Shown here piece after piece: positions 11,454 to 22,952 of a stretch of DNA of 64,000 bases. The DNA is from Paramoeba atlantica (taxonomy: Eukaryota > Protista > Discosea): positions 62,001 through 126,000 of the forward strand of contig CDRNVI010000099.1 in NCBI GenBank assembly GCA_977017575.1. Direction: 5' to 3'. A program made the translations under genes and the position numbers. The stretch's first letter is position 1. Each line of letters begins with the position of its first letter. The notes beneath the pieces were generated by a model. It was not told where the DNA came from. It saw only the letters and a list, made by a program, of their open reading frames with translations, and did not search any database.

Positions 11454-13515
11454 TCACGTGCGCAACGAAGGACGCAAGTTCTCTGCGGGCATCCGACTTA
11501 CCAGCATGCGCGCTTGGGCTCGCATTAGAGTCACATTCATTTCCGTGAGGAGGCGTTGGAAGGCCTTTCCTCTCGAAAGAGTGCCCTGCGAAGCGGCTGA
11601 GCGACGCTCGGCGACCTCACGGAGAATGGCCTGCGCGCTGTCGGACCACGATCCGAAGGATTCCACTGCCATAGCGGTGAATCTGTACCCTTGGGATTCA
11701 GCCTCGAGGCGCTCCGTTTGTGCTCCGTAGCGTACCGCTCGGCAAAGGATCCCGCTTTCCACACGTTAGCACCTCGGACTCAGTCCGTATAATATACCTA
11801 TGTGTTCTATGAACACTTCTTTTTTTAATTGAACACATAGAACGCATTGAACACTTTCTGGGGAGGTACACATCCCACGAACATGTTGATTATTTTTCAT
11901 AAACCTTCTTTGTTTTGCGCATATCCAAGTGATTACACATGCCCGAGCATACATATACCCGAGCATACATATACTATATGTATGTGGGTTACTGAACGTG
12001 GGTAACGCAGAAGCCCAATACCAAGCCGGTAGCTAGGCCAAAGTTCGGGAGGAATACGTCTCCTGGTCGGGTGGAGCCACCGCCAGGGCCGTAGGCTAAC
12101 CTCTCGTTATGGGGCGAAGTGCGCCTTGGTACACACGTCGTAGAAATGGTCGACCAGGGCGTTGTGCCGAGAAAATAGACCGTAGCCACTTTTGCAAGCT
12201 AGGGCGTGCCTGCCATCTGGTTCGGCCTAGCGGTTGGCTACACTTGTCCATAGGGCAAGGGCGGGGGGCATTGTGGACGTCTGCCCCGAGCCACCAACGG
12301 GCCAGGGCGCGGAACACCGTAGGGATAAGGGCGTACCCCAGCTCTTTGGATGGGAGAGCAAAGGCCCAGTTTGCGGCCCCATCCCCACTTTGAGAAAGCC
12401 ATCTTTCTTTAGTTGGTGTTTTCTTTAGTTGGTCTTTAGGTGGTGTTGGATTTGCCGGGGGGACTCAGGATCCTCTGGTAAGAGGTACCCTGTATGGACG
12501 TTGATGAGGGGTCTTCCGGATAGTTCGTTTACGTGGGTCATTGCCTCCCGGAATCCTTCTGCATCCAGTGCATCCCATCCGTCTTGGCTGGCTGCGAAGG
12601 AGACTGAGGAAGCGTACGCCGCTGAGTAGAAAAGAGAAGAGGAAGTCCAAAACCGCCATATTTTTTTCTTCGCTGAGCGCTGAGCGCATCCGGAAGGATC
12701 GAGTGAGCAAAGTGCGTCCTCTAAAGCTTGTAGCACCGCGGTGTCGAGACGCAAACATAGATCTAATAGGGGTTTAGGGGCTGTGGTGCGGAGGGAGAAG
12801 ACGAGCTGACAAAAGCCAGAGCACTGGCGGATGAGGGTTAACGCCACTTGGGGATCGAGGATATTCTTTATAGCGCTAAGTGTGGACAATGCTGGGGCCA
12901 AGGCGTGTTCGCGGAGGTAATCACTACAGTATTGCGCGGATCCCACCTGGCTGCCTAGGATGCTGAAATTGCCATCGAAGAGAATTCTTTGTTATGGGAT
13001 CTCAGGGAATAAAGTCACGAGGTGTGCGGACGGGGGGTGTAGGGTCACTTCACACTTCTGAGTGTTAAGAAGGAGTCCGAGCTGTCGACTTTCCCGCTCA
13101 ATGACTTCGAGGGCTTGCTTGACGAGCGCCGCCTTGCCGGCAAGTACCCCGTCGTCAAGGTACCAGACATGGAGGAAAAGTTCTTCAGGAAACTCAGCGT
13201 TAATAAATAAAAAAAATAAATAAAAATTTGCGCGAGATGATGGATTACCAGGGAGAAAAGGAGCGGTCCCAAGGGATCGACTTGTTGAACGCCTTCTGCG
13301 GAGTGCAGAATGTGTTGCCCAAAGGTGACGTAGCTGTCCGTTTCGTAACACCATTCTACCCATTTAGAGAGGGGGTTAGGAAAGTGCTTCTGAGTCAAGG
13401 AGGGAAAGGCGGATCTTGAGACGTCATTAAACGCGTTTGAGAGATCAATTTTGCACAGGACGAAATCTGGGTCGTCAGCATGCTTGGTCACCGTCTGACG
13501 ACAGAGATGAATCAT
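11454..13515 (-). mobile_element. Degenerate CRE/SLACS-clade non-LTR retrotransposon
   Basis: KIDLSNAFN, GVQQVDPLGPLLF, WYLDDG, LGLLLNTQKCE, RPGDVFLP, MAVESFGSW across several frameshifts. Confidence 0.88.
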
Positions 13516-13696
13516 GCGTTCGGCGCCAGCGGCGGTGGCGACACCATACTCTCCCTCTCATTAATTTTTATAAATTATAAATTATAACAAAAAATGAGAT
13601 ATACCGTGGAAACATTAATTAAGAATTACACTAATTAAGGGAAAATGGTTTTCAAAAAAACTTATTCCCTTAATTAGTGTTCCCTTATTTTATGTA

Positions 13697-13923
13697 GAAG
13701 GAGGTCAAGGAGGCCTTCAGAAACCTCCTAATCCACTACGGGTTTAATCCAAAGGTTCTCATCCAAACTATGGATCTACCAACACGCCGTCCTATCCAAA
13801 TTGCGCTTTCATTCGTTGTTCATGCCAGCCTTACTCATTCATTGAGAGGCTACAAAAGAGAACCACCCACCATATCAAGAAGTGGATGAACTTTGCCTCT
13901 GCCACCAGTATTGAAACCTTATA
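13697..13923 (+). mobile_element. Third copy of the mosaic junction fragment
   Basis: gaaggaggtcaaggaggccttcagaaacc..aaactatggatctaccaacac..; truncated by a Tc1 TIR at 13924. Confidence 0.88.
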
Positions 13924-14083
13924 CAGGGGGGATCGCCAATATCAGGACACCTCCTGTTTTTGTCCTTGGGTCCGTTTTAGCTGAGTTTTGTTGCAAAGGA
14001 GAGTTCTCGACGCGAATATGGTCCATACTTTTCGGCATTAGGATGTACTTTAATAATTATTAATAATTCTTTAATAATAATTA

Positions 14084-14177
14084 CTGTCCCCCCCGTTTAA
14101 GCGCACCTCGTTTTCCGTGAAAAGTGCGCTTAAACGGGGGGGGTCTGACCGTGTGCGCTTAAGGGGAGGGAGGACAG
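14084..14177. mobile_element. Minimal palindromic MITE (TA|CTGTCC..GGACAG|TA)
   Basis: ccccgtttaagcgcac/gtgcgcttaaacgggg inverted repeat. Confidence 0.65.
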
Positions 14178-14359
14178 TATTATTAGAAGGAAAAATTATT
14201 AATAATTTTACAGGTATGGGTGTGACAGATAATTACGGGGGTCAAAATGCGACAGATATCTAGAGGGGTCCATCGCCAAAAAAAGCAAGGGAACGAAAAG
14301 TTACAGAAACTTTTTCTTTATTGCCTAGGAAGGTGCCTTTGCACCCCAATGGGGTACTA

Positions 14360-14787
14360 CCGTACAACCCCCCAGTAAGAGTGGGTTTTGACCAAATCTC
14401 TCTTACTGGGGGGTTATGCTTTTTAGGCCAGTTTTCTTTTTTCTCCAAACTTTTTTGACAACCTTTTTTTTAGAGTTTTTCTCTTTTTCGAATAGTTCTG
14501 TCTAAAAGAAATTGTCATTCTGTCATTGATTTCATTTCATCTACTTTTTTTAAGTTATGACAACGGACATTCGCATACAACTTGCGTTAGAAAGCGTTGT
14601 CCAAGACTCCAGCCCAACTATATTTGATTTTCATATGCTTCATATAAAATATTGATTCTTTGTTTTTGATTGTGCGTTTTCTTCTCTGTGCTTCAACCTC
14701 ATTTGATTGCCCAGAATAAGGGCTAAATCTCTCTTACTGGGGGCCAGCCCAAAAAGAGCCAAATCTCTCTTCCTGGGGGGTATACGG
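14360..14787. mobile_element. MITE with TA|CCGTA..TACGG|TA ends; related copy at 62085-62398
   Basis: Repeated cccccagtaagagag motifs in inverted orientation. Confidence 0.78.
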
Positions 14788-16391
14788 TATAAGCTGAAGA
14801 CATACGTCTACGGGGTAAAAAGAATCCCAGAGAGTGAAGCGGATGATGAAGGAGATGATGGGGATAATGAGGGGAATGATAAAGGGGATGGAGGGTATGA
14901 CGAAGGGAACGTTGATGGGGATGATGAAGGGGACGCTGGTGGAGACATTGAAGCTAACGAGCTCCGAATCCTGCTTTCCAATTTCTTCCGTAGAACTCTA
15001 CGATCCCAACATTACATACTCCCATCATATCCCATCATTGTTCATAATCCCATCATTGTTTACCAATAAAAAACACGAGCTTTCTTTGATTGAAATTCAT
15101 AGTCAAGGTCCCGCTTCATCACAAAACGTTTTTCAAAATGTATGAAGTACCGTACTATCCGTACTAGGGAGATGTATGGGTATACTAAATTTTGTCTAAA
15201 AAGCAAAAAATAATTTATAATTATATTTAATTTATCAGTAGTTGCTAGAAAAATGTTGCCTTGACCTTAAAATGCGATTTCTTGCCGTGTGATGACTAGA
15301 AAGTGGATCTGTCGCTTCTAAAAAAGGGATGTCTCCCGCTCCTGTTGCTGGGAGGGGGGGGTAGGTATACTAAGTGGGCACGGGTATACTATCCTGGAAC
15401 ATAGTTTAGTATTAAACAAGTTTAGATAGTAGATTTTTTTACAAATTCTTTTGATTACGATTTCTCTTTCCATGACCTTTCCACCGTACGGTCGAACTGG
15501 TACGTGGCTCCGGGCTTTGGACCGGTATAGCAGGCTTAAAGGAGACCGAGGTTACCGAAAGGAAGTGGATGTTGTCACGGGGGGTATTACAGTCCATGCT
15601 GTGCATTCATCGTCAGTTAGCCCCTAGGACACACTTCATTTGCCTCGGCCTGCTATTCTCGTGAATATGAAAGTCCCGATCCAGCCACTAGTTGTTTTTC
15701 CAACGGCGGCCACTGCGCCTCCCCCCCACTAAGAAACGCGGAAAACCGGAATTATGGGATGATCATGGCGATAATGAAGGGTAAAATGAAGGGGATGGCG
15801 AAGGCGATAGTGATAGTACGGTATACAGTGGTTAATGGAAGGCCCTCGCGAAGGGCAATCCAGGTTCCTTATTGTTCTCGAAGTGGGATCGACGTTTGAC
15901 TAATAAACTATAAATGATGCAACCCACCACTTTAATTGGAATAACACTCGAACATGGACTAGGCGTTCATTGCGGCATGGGAAGGCCACTGAGCTTCGAG
16001 TCCGTGGTATTCCTATTTCAGAGAGGCAATTATTGGGACGATGGCGGTCTCACTCGTCAGAACAATCGAATGTCACAGCCTACTAGCGCCAACCACGGGA
16101 GTCCAACTCCCCGTAAATAGCCAGCATGTGACATCCAATCATTGGCAATGTCACATTGTCACATAGGCAATGTCACCGCCGACTTGCCACAACCCAAGGG
16201 AGGCCAATTCCCCATAACTAACCAGCATGTGACATCCAATGTTACTGCCTACCAGCGGGAACATGAGAGTGTTGCGGTACTTCACCATGCCTAACTGCCC
16301 TGCAGCATGCCAAGTCCAGCTCTATACGGTTCGAATGTCATCAGCAAGACTGACACATCCAATTCAAGGCGTACAACTCGATCGAATGATC

Positions 16392-16464
16392 GCTTCCCCC
16401 TCCTACCCCGGTCTTTGAGAGACCTGCCCCAGGCTTGGGACTGGAAATTGCGGAGTTAAGAAGC
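16392..16464 (-). ncRNA. Twister ribozyme, second copy
   Basis: Core identical to 8460-8532; differences only in loop or P5 positions (GGUC/GACC perfect stem; AAUUU vs AGUUU). Confidence 0.88.
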
Positions 16465-16648
16465 CACATGCGACGTACATAAAGTAAACAATACGTTTTT
16501 GTAAGACAACTTCTATTAAATCACAGAAGACAAAATTTATTGAATAAATGACGCCCCTCCTAAGCCCCCGCCCATACATTTTGATTCCCTTCATCATGCT
16601 CTTTATTCCCCTTAAATTCTCTTTACTCTCTCTATCTTTTAATTTGAA

Positions 16649-17545
16649 TCAATGATCCCATACATTTATCTGTGTGTTATATACGCACAAACCGAACTCT
16701 TGCATATCTTCAGCAAATGGCGATCTTGTTATGTTGCCACACAAGTCCACATTATCTGATAAGTCCAAAGTCATCAAGAAAGATGGAAGGTTCGTCAAGT
16801 CCACATCACCAGAAAACTTATTCTGCGACAAATCAAGTCGAAAAATACTTGCAGGAAGTTGCTGCAGATCGAGTTCGCCGGACAGCTGATTTCCAGAGAT
16901 ATATACTCGCGATATGTTAGGCGGAAGCAAAGTCAAATCAAGTGGCCCGGTAAGACAATTTTCGCTAATGTTAACACTTTGCATACTATCCGGCAGACTC
17001 GTCAAACACACAGTTCCATTGAACCTGTTGTGATTTAACGCCAAATCTTCGAAACAGAGCGGAAGGGAAGTCAAGTCCAACTCGCCTTCAAACCGATTTA
17101 CGTACAGAGCTAGCGATCGCAGTTCCGAAGGCAAGCGCGTGAGCGGCACTGTGCCTTCTAGCGCGTTCCCAGGCACAGCAAAATCGTACAGACTATGTGG
17201 GAGATGAACCAAGTTCATAGTACCTGACAAATCTAGTTGACCCCATTCCACGCAGCTGACTTCTTCCCGCTCGTTACAACTCACACCTTTCCACTCGCAC
17301 GCTGGCGTGTGAAGACTCCACGATTCGTCCAAGTTGTTGACTTCCGCGAGGAGACGAACGAGTAGATACTCCTGAGGTAAATTCGCAGCGCTCACTTTAG
17401 CAATACGCGATCTCGTCTTTGTAGTTTCTTCAGCAGAATGAGTGTTGAAAGGCATTGGGCTTTCGACTTTACGTCGTTTAGTCGACGGTTCCTGAATATC
17501 CGAACATGTGAGCTGCACGATCGTGCGTAGGGTTATGCGCAGCAT
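16649..17545 (-). CDS. LRR family protein with KRRKV motif (298 aa), paralog B
   Basis: Colinear with paralog A, intact frame. Confidence 0.92.
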   Translation of the reverse strand: MLRITLRTIVQLTCSDIQEPSTKRRKVESPMPFNTHSAEETTKTRSRIAKVSAANLPQEYLLVRLLAEVNNLDESWSLHTPACEWKGVSCNEREEVSCVEWGQLDLSGTMNLVHLPHSLYDFAVPGNALEGTVPLTRLPSELRSLALYVNRFEGELDLTSLPLCFEDLALNHNRFNGTVCLTSLPDSMQSVNISENCLTGPLDLTLLPPNISRVYISGNQLSGELDLQQLPASIFRLDLSQNKFSGDVDLTNLPSFLMTLDLSDNVDLCGNITRSPFAEDMQEFGLCVYNTQINVWDH

Positions 17546-18374
17546 GTAAAGTAAGAAGGCGATTTATATTATGAAAGTTAAATAGACATTGTTTTTAGTG
17601 TTTTATGCGGCGGTGTTCGGAGTCATTTCTCAGACAAAGTACCTTTTTTTGAACTACACGGAACTTTCGAAATTGTTGCACAATAAAGAAGGGTTCTCGC
17701 CACAGACAACATCACCACAAAAAGTGAAATTATGAAAAGATATCGCAGTGTCTCGCTTTTTCTCGATCGTAAGATTTATTTCGAAATGGAAGGTAGAAAA
17801 GAAGTTACACCTCAGCATAAGATGGATACCTGGACATCGAAATGCTGCAGAACCACAGTCTCATAACAGCGACATTGCATCAAGTCGTAATACGAGTAAC
17901 ATGAGAAATAGTTCGAGCAGAAATGGATTTACGACGCTGTCTTAATAAACCAGATTCCGACCCCAGTGAAATATTAGACACCAGGTTCATATACTGTACC
18001 TTACTTACTTGTACCTACTTATTTGTCACACGTCACCTCACTAGATCTCACTTTTTGGCTTCAGAAAAAATCCGTCGACTACCCCCCTAGTTATGTTTCA
18101 CTTTCTCAGTTATTTTTTTCCAAAATAATCTTAAAACGAAGCTAAGATTTTTTCTTTTTGCATTTTTTGAGCGAATGGTAGTGCGCGGTGCTATTATACC
18201 GCTTCTGTAATTCCATGATCTGACTTTTTTTGGGACAGCCCACCCCTAGTGATCTGTCGCACGCTGATCCGCCTAGTTATCGGTCACACCCTACCCCTCT
18301 ACTTGTCTGTCACCTTTTCACCAAAAGTAGTGACAGATAACTAGGGGGGGTACAACAGTAAGCAGCTAAATGAC

Positions 18375-18633
18375 CAAAAGCAAGGCCAGTCGCACAATAA
18401 TTTGGACAGACGGGGCAAGACACAACAATCAGCTCGGGAGAAAGTTTAAATGGGAAAGCGTCAATCACCGGCGTCAATGTGTTACATCGGATGGAGTGCA
18501 TACAAACACCGTGGAATGCGCGAACTCGATGACAAAGAAGCGTTTGAATCGGGAAAGAAGTGTGTTAGGTAGAAAGTCAAGTCAAAGAGCCGACCGCGTG
18601 CAAGCAATCGCGGAAAAAATAACGGCAGCTTGA
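18375..18633 (+). mobile_element. Merlin/IS1595 (ISXO2-like) transposase C-terminal fragment
   Basis: IIWTDG..VNH....SDGVHTNTVE. Confidence 0.82.
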
Positions 18634-18761
18634 AGAAGAACGGGGGCGAAGACATGCTGCGTATATTAGAAAATTTAAGTACTCAATGTACCTGTATTCA
18701 TCAGTAGGTTGGTCAAGTTAAGTAAGATGATATTCTGCATACTGTATATTTGTGCCACATA

Positions 18762-19544
18762 CACTCCAGGCCACAATGTTTGCCCCCCAGGCCAGAAAGT
18801 ACACCGTGTGAGCTTTTGACCTAATTCCTTTGGCATTCGACAGATCTCGAAAAAGTAGAACGTTTTCTGTATTTTTTTCATCCGCGGAGACCCCTAGACC
18901 CCCTGTGTGCACCTCAAAAGTTGGGTTTTTCCCCTTAAAAAAATAGTTCTTTTAGACAAAAAAATGAAAAAAATCACCAAAAAATACTTATTTGAAGGGA
19001 CAAGCCGGTACTCTGTATGGTCCCCCTTTACACGCTGCACAATTTAAATGCGCTTGATCATTAAAATCATACAGTTCAGAACCTGACGCTGACAGGGACT
19101 GCGCTTAATCATCACAAAAGCTTTTTTAATGGCCACTCGAAAATAAAATCCAAGCTCTTTCTCAATTTCAGGCTTCTAAATTTCTTTTTGGACTGACAAA
19201 TGATTTCGCGACGTTCAGGGAGTTCGCATCGGGCTACCTTGTGCGTAATTTGGGGGTTTTCGTTCGGGGATGTGTTGGAATAATATTCCCAGTAGATCTA
19301 ACAGGGGTTTTCCTCAACAGTACGTTGGTGAGATACCGTTTTATAGCAAGAAACACTTAAAAATTGTACTTTTCGTGAAACATTTCTTTTTTTTTGACCC
19401 GTTACTCATGTGGGGGGCTCTACATGTGAAAAAAATGCGGGAAACGTTCCACTTTTTTGAGATCTGTCGAATGCCGAAGGAATTAGGTCAAAAGCTCTCA
19501 CGGTGTATTATGTGGCCTGGGGGGCGACAATGTGGCCTGGACTG
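18762..19544. mobile_element. Non-autonomous TA-flanked element with ~150-bp TIRs
   Basis: TA|CACTCCAGGCCACAATGTTGCCCCCCAGGCC..GGCCTGGGGGGCGACAATGTGGCCTGGACTG|TA. Confidence 0.8.
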
Positions 19545-19601
19545 TAAGTGAAAGACACATAAATGAAAAACGTCAAAAGTACAAAAAAGGTTAAATTTGC
19601 T

Positions 19602-20492
19602 TCATTTTAACCGAATCTGCGTATTATAAATGCACAAATCGAACTGTCGCACACGGACAGGCACTTGTGACCTTGTTGTATTACTACACAAGTTCCAATT
19701 ATTCGATAAATTCAAAGTCATCAATGAAGATGGAAGTTTCGCCAATTCCACATCACCAGAAAACGTATTGCGCGACAAATCAAGTTGCGAAATCTTTGAA
19801 GGAAGTTGCCGAAGATCGAGTTCGCCGGACAATTGATTTCCAGAGAGGCGTACTTGCCATATGTTAGGCGGAAGCAACGTCAAATCAAGTGGCCCGGTAA
19901 GACGATTTTCGCTAAGGTTCACATTTTGCATATTGACCGGCAGACTCGTCAAACATACAGTTCCATTGAATCTGTTGCTATGCAAAGTTAAATCTTCGAA
20001 GCAGTAAGGAAGAGAAGTCAAGTCCAACTCGCCTGCAAACCGATTTTCGTACAGAGCTAGTGATCGAAGTTCCGAAGGCAAGCACGTGAGCGGCACTGTC
20101 CCTTCTAGCGCGTTCCCAGGCGCATCAAAATAGTTCAGACTATGTGGGAGATGAACCAAGTTCATAGTGCCTGACAAATCTAGTACGGACCATCTCACGT
20201 GGCTGACTTCTTCCCGCTCCTTACAACTCACACCTTTCCACTCGCATGCTGGCATGTGAAGACTCCACGATTCGTCCAAGTTGTGGACTTCCGCGAGGAG
20301 ACGAACGAGTTGATACTCCTGAGGTAAATTCGCAGCGCTCACTTTGGCAATACACGATCTCGTCTTTGTAGTTTCTTCAGCAGAATGAGTGTTGAAAGGT
20401 ATTGGGCTTTCGACTTTACGTCGTTTAGTCGACGGTTCCTGAATATCCGAACATGTGAGCCGCACGATCGTGCGTAGGGTTAAGCGCAGCAT
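19602..20492 (-). CDS. LRR family protein with KRRKV motif (296 aa), paralog C
   Basis: Colinear with paralogs A and B, intact frame. Confidence 0.92.
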   Translation of the reverse strand: MLRLTLRTIVRLTCSDIQEPSTKRRKVESPIPFNTHSAEETTKTRSCIAKVSAANLPQEYQLVRLLAEVHNLDESWSLHMPACEWKGVSCKEREEVSHVRWSVLDLSGTMNLVHLPHSLNYFDAPGNALEGTVPLTCLPSELRSLALYENRFAGELDLTSLPYCFEDLTLHSNRFNGTVCLTSLPVNMQNVNLSENRLTGPLDLTLLPPNIWQVRLSGNQLSGELDLRQLPSKISQLDLSRNTFSGDVELAKLPSSLMTLNLSNNWNLCSNTTRSQVPVRVRQFDLCIYNTQIRLK

Positions 20493-20945
20493 GCAAATTA
20501 AGAAGGCGATTTATATTATGAAGGTTAATTTATTTTTAGACATTGCTTTTAGTATTTTATACCGCGGTGTTCGGAGACATTTCTCAGACAAAGTACCTTT
20601 TTTTGAACTACACGGAACTTTCGAAATTGTTGCACAATAAAGAATGGGTCTCGCCACAGACAACATCAGCACAAAAAGTGAAATTATGAAAAGATATCGC
20701 AGTGTCTCGCTTTTTCTCGATCGTAAGATTTATTTCGAAATGGAAGCTAGAAAAGAAGTTACACCTCAGCATAAGATGGATACCTGGACATCAAAATGCT
20801 GCAGAATCACAGTCTCGTAACAGCGACATTGCATCAAGTCGTAATACGAGTAACATGAGGAATAGCTCGAACAGAAATAGATTTACGACGCTGTCTTAAT
20901 AAACCAGACTCCGACCCCAGTGAAATATTAGACACCAGGTTCATA

Positions 20946-21309
20946 TACTGTACCCCCCCGTTATTTGTCACACGTCACCTCACTAGATCTCACTTTTTGG
21001 CTATTCAAAAAAAATCCGTCGACTACCCCCCTAGTTATGTTTCACTTTCTCAGTTATTTGCTTCCAAAATAATCTTAGAACGAAACTTAGATTTCGTCTT
21101 TTTGCATTTTTTGAGCGAATGGTAGTGCGCGGTGCTATTATATTCCGCTTTTGTAATTCCATGATCTGACCTTTTTTGATCTGACAGCCCCCCCTAGTGA
21201 TCTGTCGCACGCTGATCCGCCTAGTTATCGGTCACACCCTACCCCCCTACTTATCTGTCACCTTTTCACCAAAAGTAGTGACAGATAACTAGGGGAGGGT
21301 ACAGCAGTA
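20946..21309. mobile_element. MITE-like element (TACTGTACCC termini); second copy at ~17991-18360
   Basis: Imperfect TIRs and internal gtgacagataactagg inverted motif; copied with the LRR block. Confidence 0.65.
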
Positions 21310-21794
21310 AGCAGCTAAATGAACAATTTAAACATTGCTCGCTAATCTATTCATTTTATAGTGTTGGTCTAGATACAATCTAGATTGTCGTTAGTCTACT
21401 GGAACAGTAGCGGAGGTATGCCTCCGTGATGTTGGCCTTTAAACCGAGACACCCGCTAGAAGACATGCCAATTGGTGCAAAAAAATGCACAGTGACTGGA
21501 AGGAAGTAATAGGAACAGTGGAGCACAAGGAAGAATATCTTGCTATAAAAGATAAAATGTATGATCATGTAGACAAGATGAAACGTTAACATCTGAGAGA
21601 ATCAGGGTATTAATATTGTCATAACGCATCCAACACTCAAGGTGTGACACACAAGGACCGGAAGAACGAGTTGACGATGCGTGCGAATTATTTAAAGAAT
21701 ACCACGTATTAATTTTACCGTATTGGACACATGTTGTACAACTTCCTAACTTTTTATCAGAGCTTGATTCTCCGCCTTGATGTGGCGCTCTGAC

Positions 21795-22350
21795 TTAACA
21801 CCCCTTTCGAGCATAACGCCGAGTGCATGCAGGCCAAGGCCAAATGTGTCCTGCAAGGCCTACCTCAAGGCCAGTCGGCTAAAGATCAGCGACGCAACCT
21901 TTGCGAGGCGGCCCTAGGGAAAGCCCCGCCCACCACGCAACTGGTCTGCATGCGGCAGATTCAGAACGTTCATTCCACAAAGTGGATGAACGCGTGGCCC
22001 AACTGGCCAGAGTACTACATGCGGGACCCGCAGTGGGAGACTGCGGCCCGTCTCCGGTACTTGGTCGCCCGTACCTCGGAGCCTGAGCTCCAGTGCGTGT
22101 GCGGTGCAACCTCCCGCAATGAGGAGTTTTGCGGACACGCACTGGATTGCAAGAAGGTTAAGGGGAAAACCCAGGCCTCCCGCCACAAGGAGGTCAAGGA
22201 GGCCTTCAGAAACCTCCTAATCCACTACGGGTTTAATCCAAAGGTAGGTTTAATCCAAAGGTTCTCATCCAAACTATGGATCTACCAACACGCCGTCCTA
22301 TCCAAATTGCGCTTTCAATCGTTGTTCATGCCAGCCTTACTCATTCATTG
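21795..22350 (+). mobile_element. Partial duplicate of the mosaic retroelement junction region
   Basis: Near-identical to ~24257-24812 (MQAKAKCVLQG..KLWIYQH). Confidence 0.9.
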
Positions 22351-22391
22351 AGAATATCATTCATTTTTGGAGGGCTCTATGCGCAAACTGA

Positions 22392-22586
22392 GTGTGTTGT
22401 TCTACCTGCACAGGATTCCCTGTACAAGGAACAACACACCATTATCTCGGCGTAGTAAACACGCCTTTGCTTGCCTGGCACAGTGATTGCCGGAAAATAA
22501 TATTTTTTTTTCCGGTTCATTTCACTGCCCAAGCTGCTTCCCACTTAAGGGGCTTGTCCCCACAACTGAGTGATCTCCCCGGCAAC
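22392..22586 (+). ncRNA. Conserved structured RNA motif, copy A (upstream of RT ORF)
   Basis: 11-bp stem GUGUGUUGUUC/GAACAACACAC, then CAUUAUCUCGGCGUAGUAAACACGCC and further hairpins shared with 46585-46706 and 48119-48319. Confidence 0.65.
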
Positions 22587-22623
22587 GTAGTATTACCTAC
22601 ATGTGTCAAGGAGGCAGAGAAGT

Positions 22624-22952
22624 GGGAGTCACGAATGACCTCGGAGGCAGATGACTACCTCCGGAGCGTGCACCCTCGGGACACGGAGTCTACAAGAAGA
22701 CCTCGAATACCATACCAAACATGATTCAGAACACATGCCCGAGGGGAGGGAGTCACGAATGACCTCGGAGGCAGATGACTACCTCCGGAGCGTGCACCCT
22801 CGGGACACGGAGTCTTCGAAGACCTCGAATACCATACCAAACATGATTCAGAACACATGCCCGAGGGGAGGGAGTCACGAATGACCTCGGAGGCAGATGA
22901 CTACCTCCGGAGCGTGCACCCTCGGGACACGGAGTCTTCGAAGACCTCGAAT
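22624..22952 (+). repeat. Tandem repeat, 2.7 x 122-124 bp, in retroelement 5' region
   Basis: gggagtcacgaatgacc starts at 22624, 22748, 22870. Confidence 0.95.

Larger units (their letters stand above)
15760..21322. repeat. Segmental duplications of LRR blocks
   Basis: ~7700-9780 resembles ~15760-17560 (YR, repeats, twister, LRR); ~16650-18373 resembles ~19600-21322 (LRR, upstream region, MITE). Confidence 0.9.

Noticed and set aside
14707-15145. Acidic or Met/Gly-rich ORFs
   Set aside because: They arise from a low-complexity gatgat/gaaggg tract that also recurs at ~7700 and ~15770; no domain evidence.
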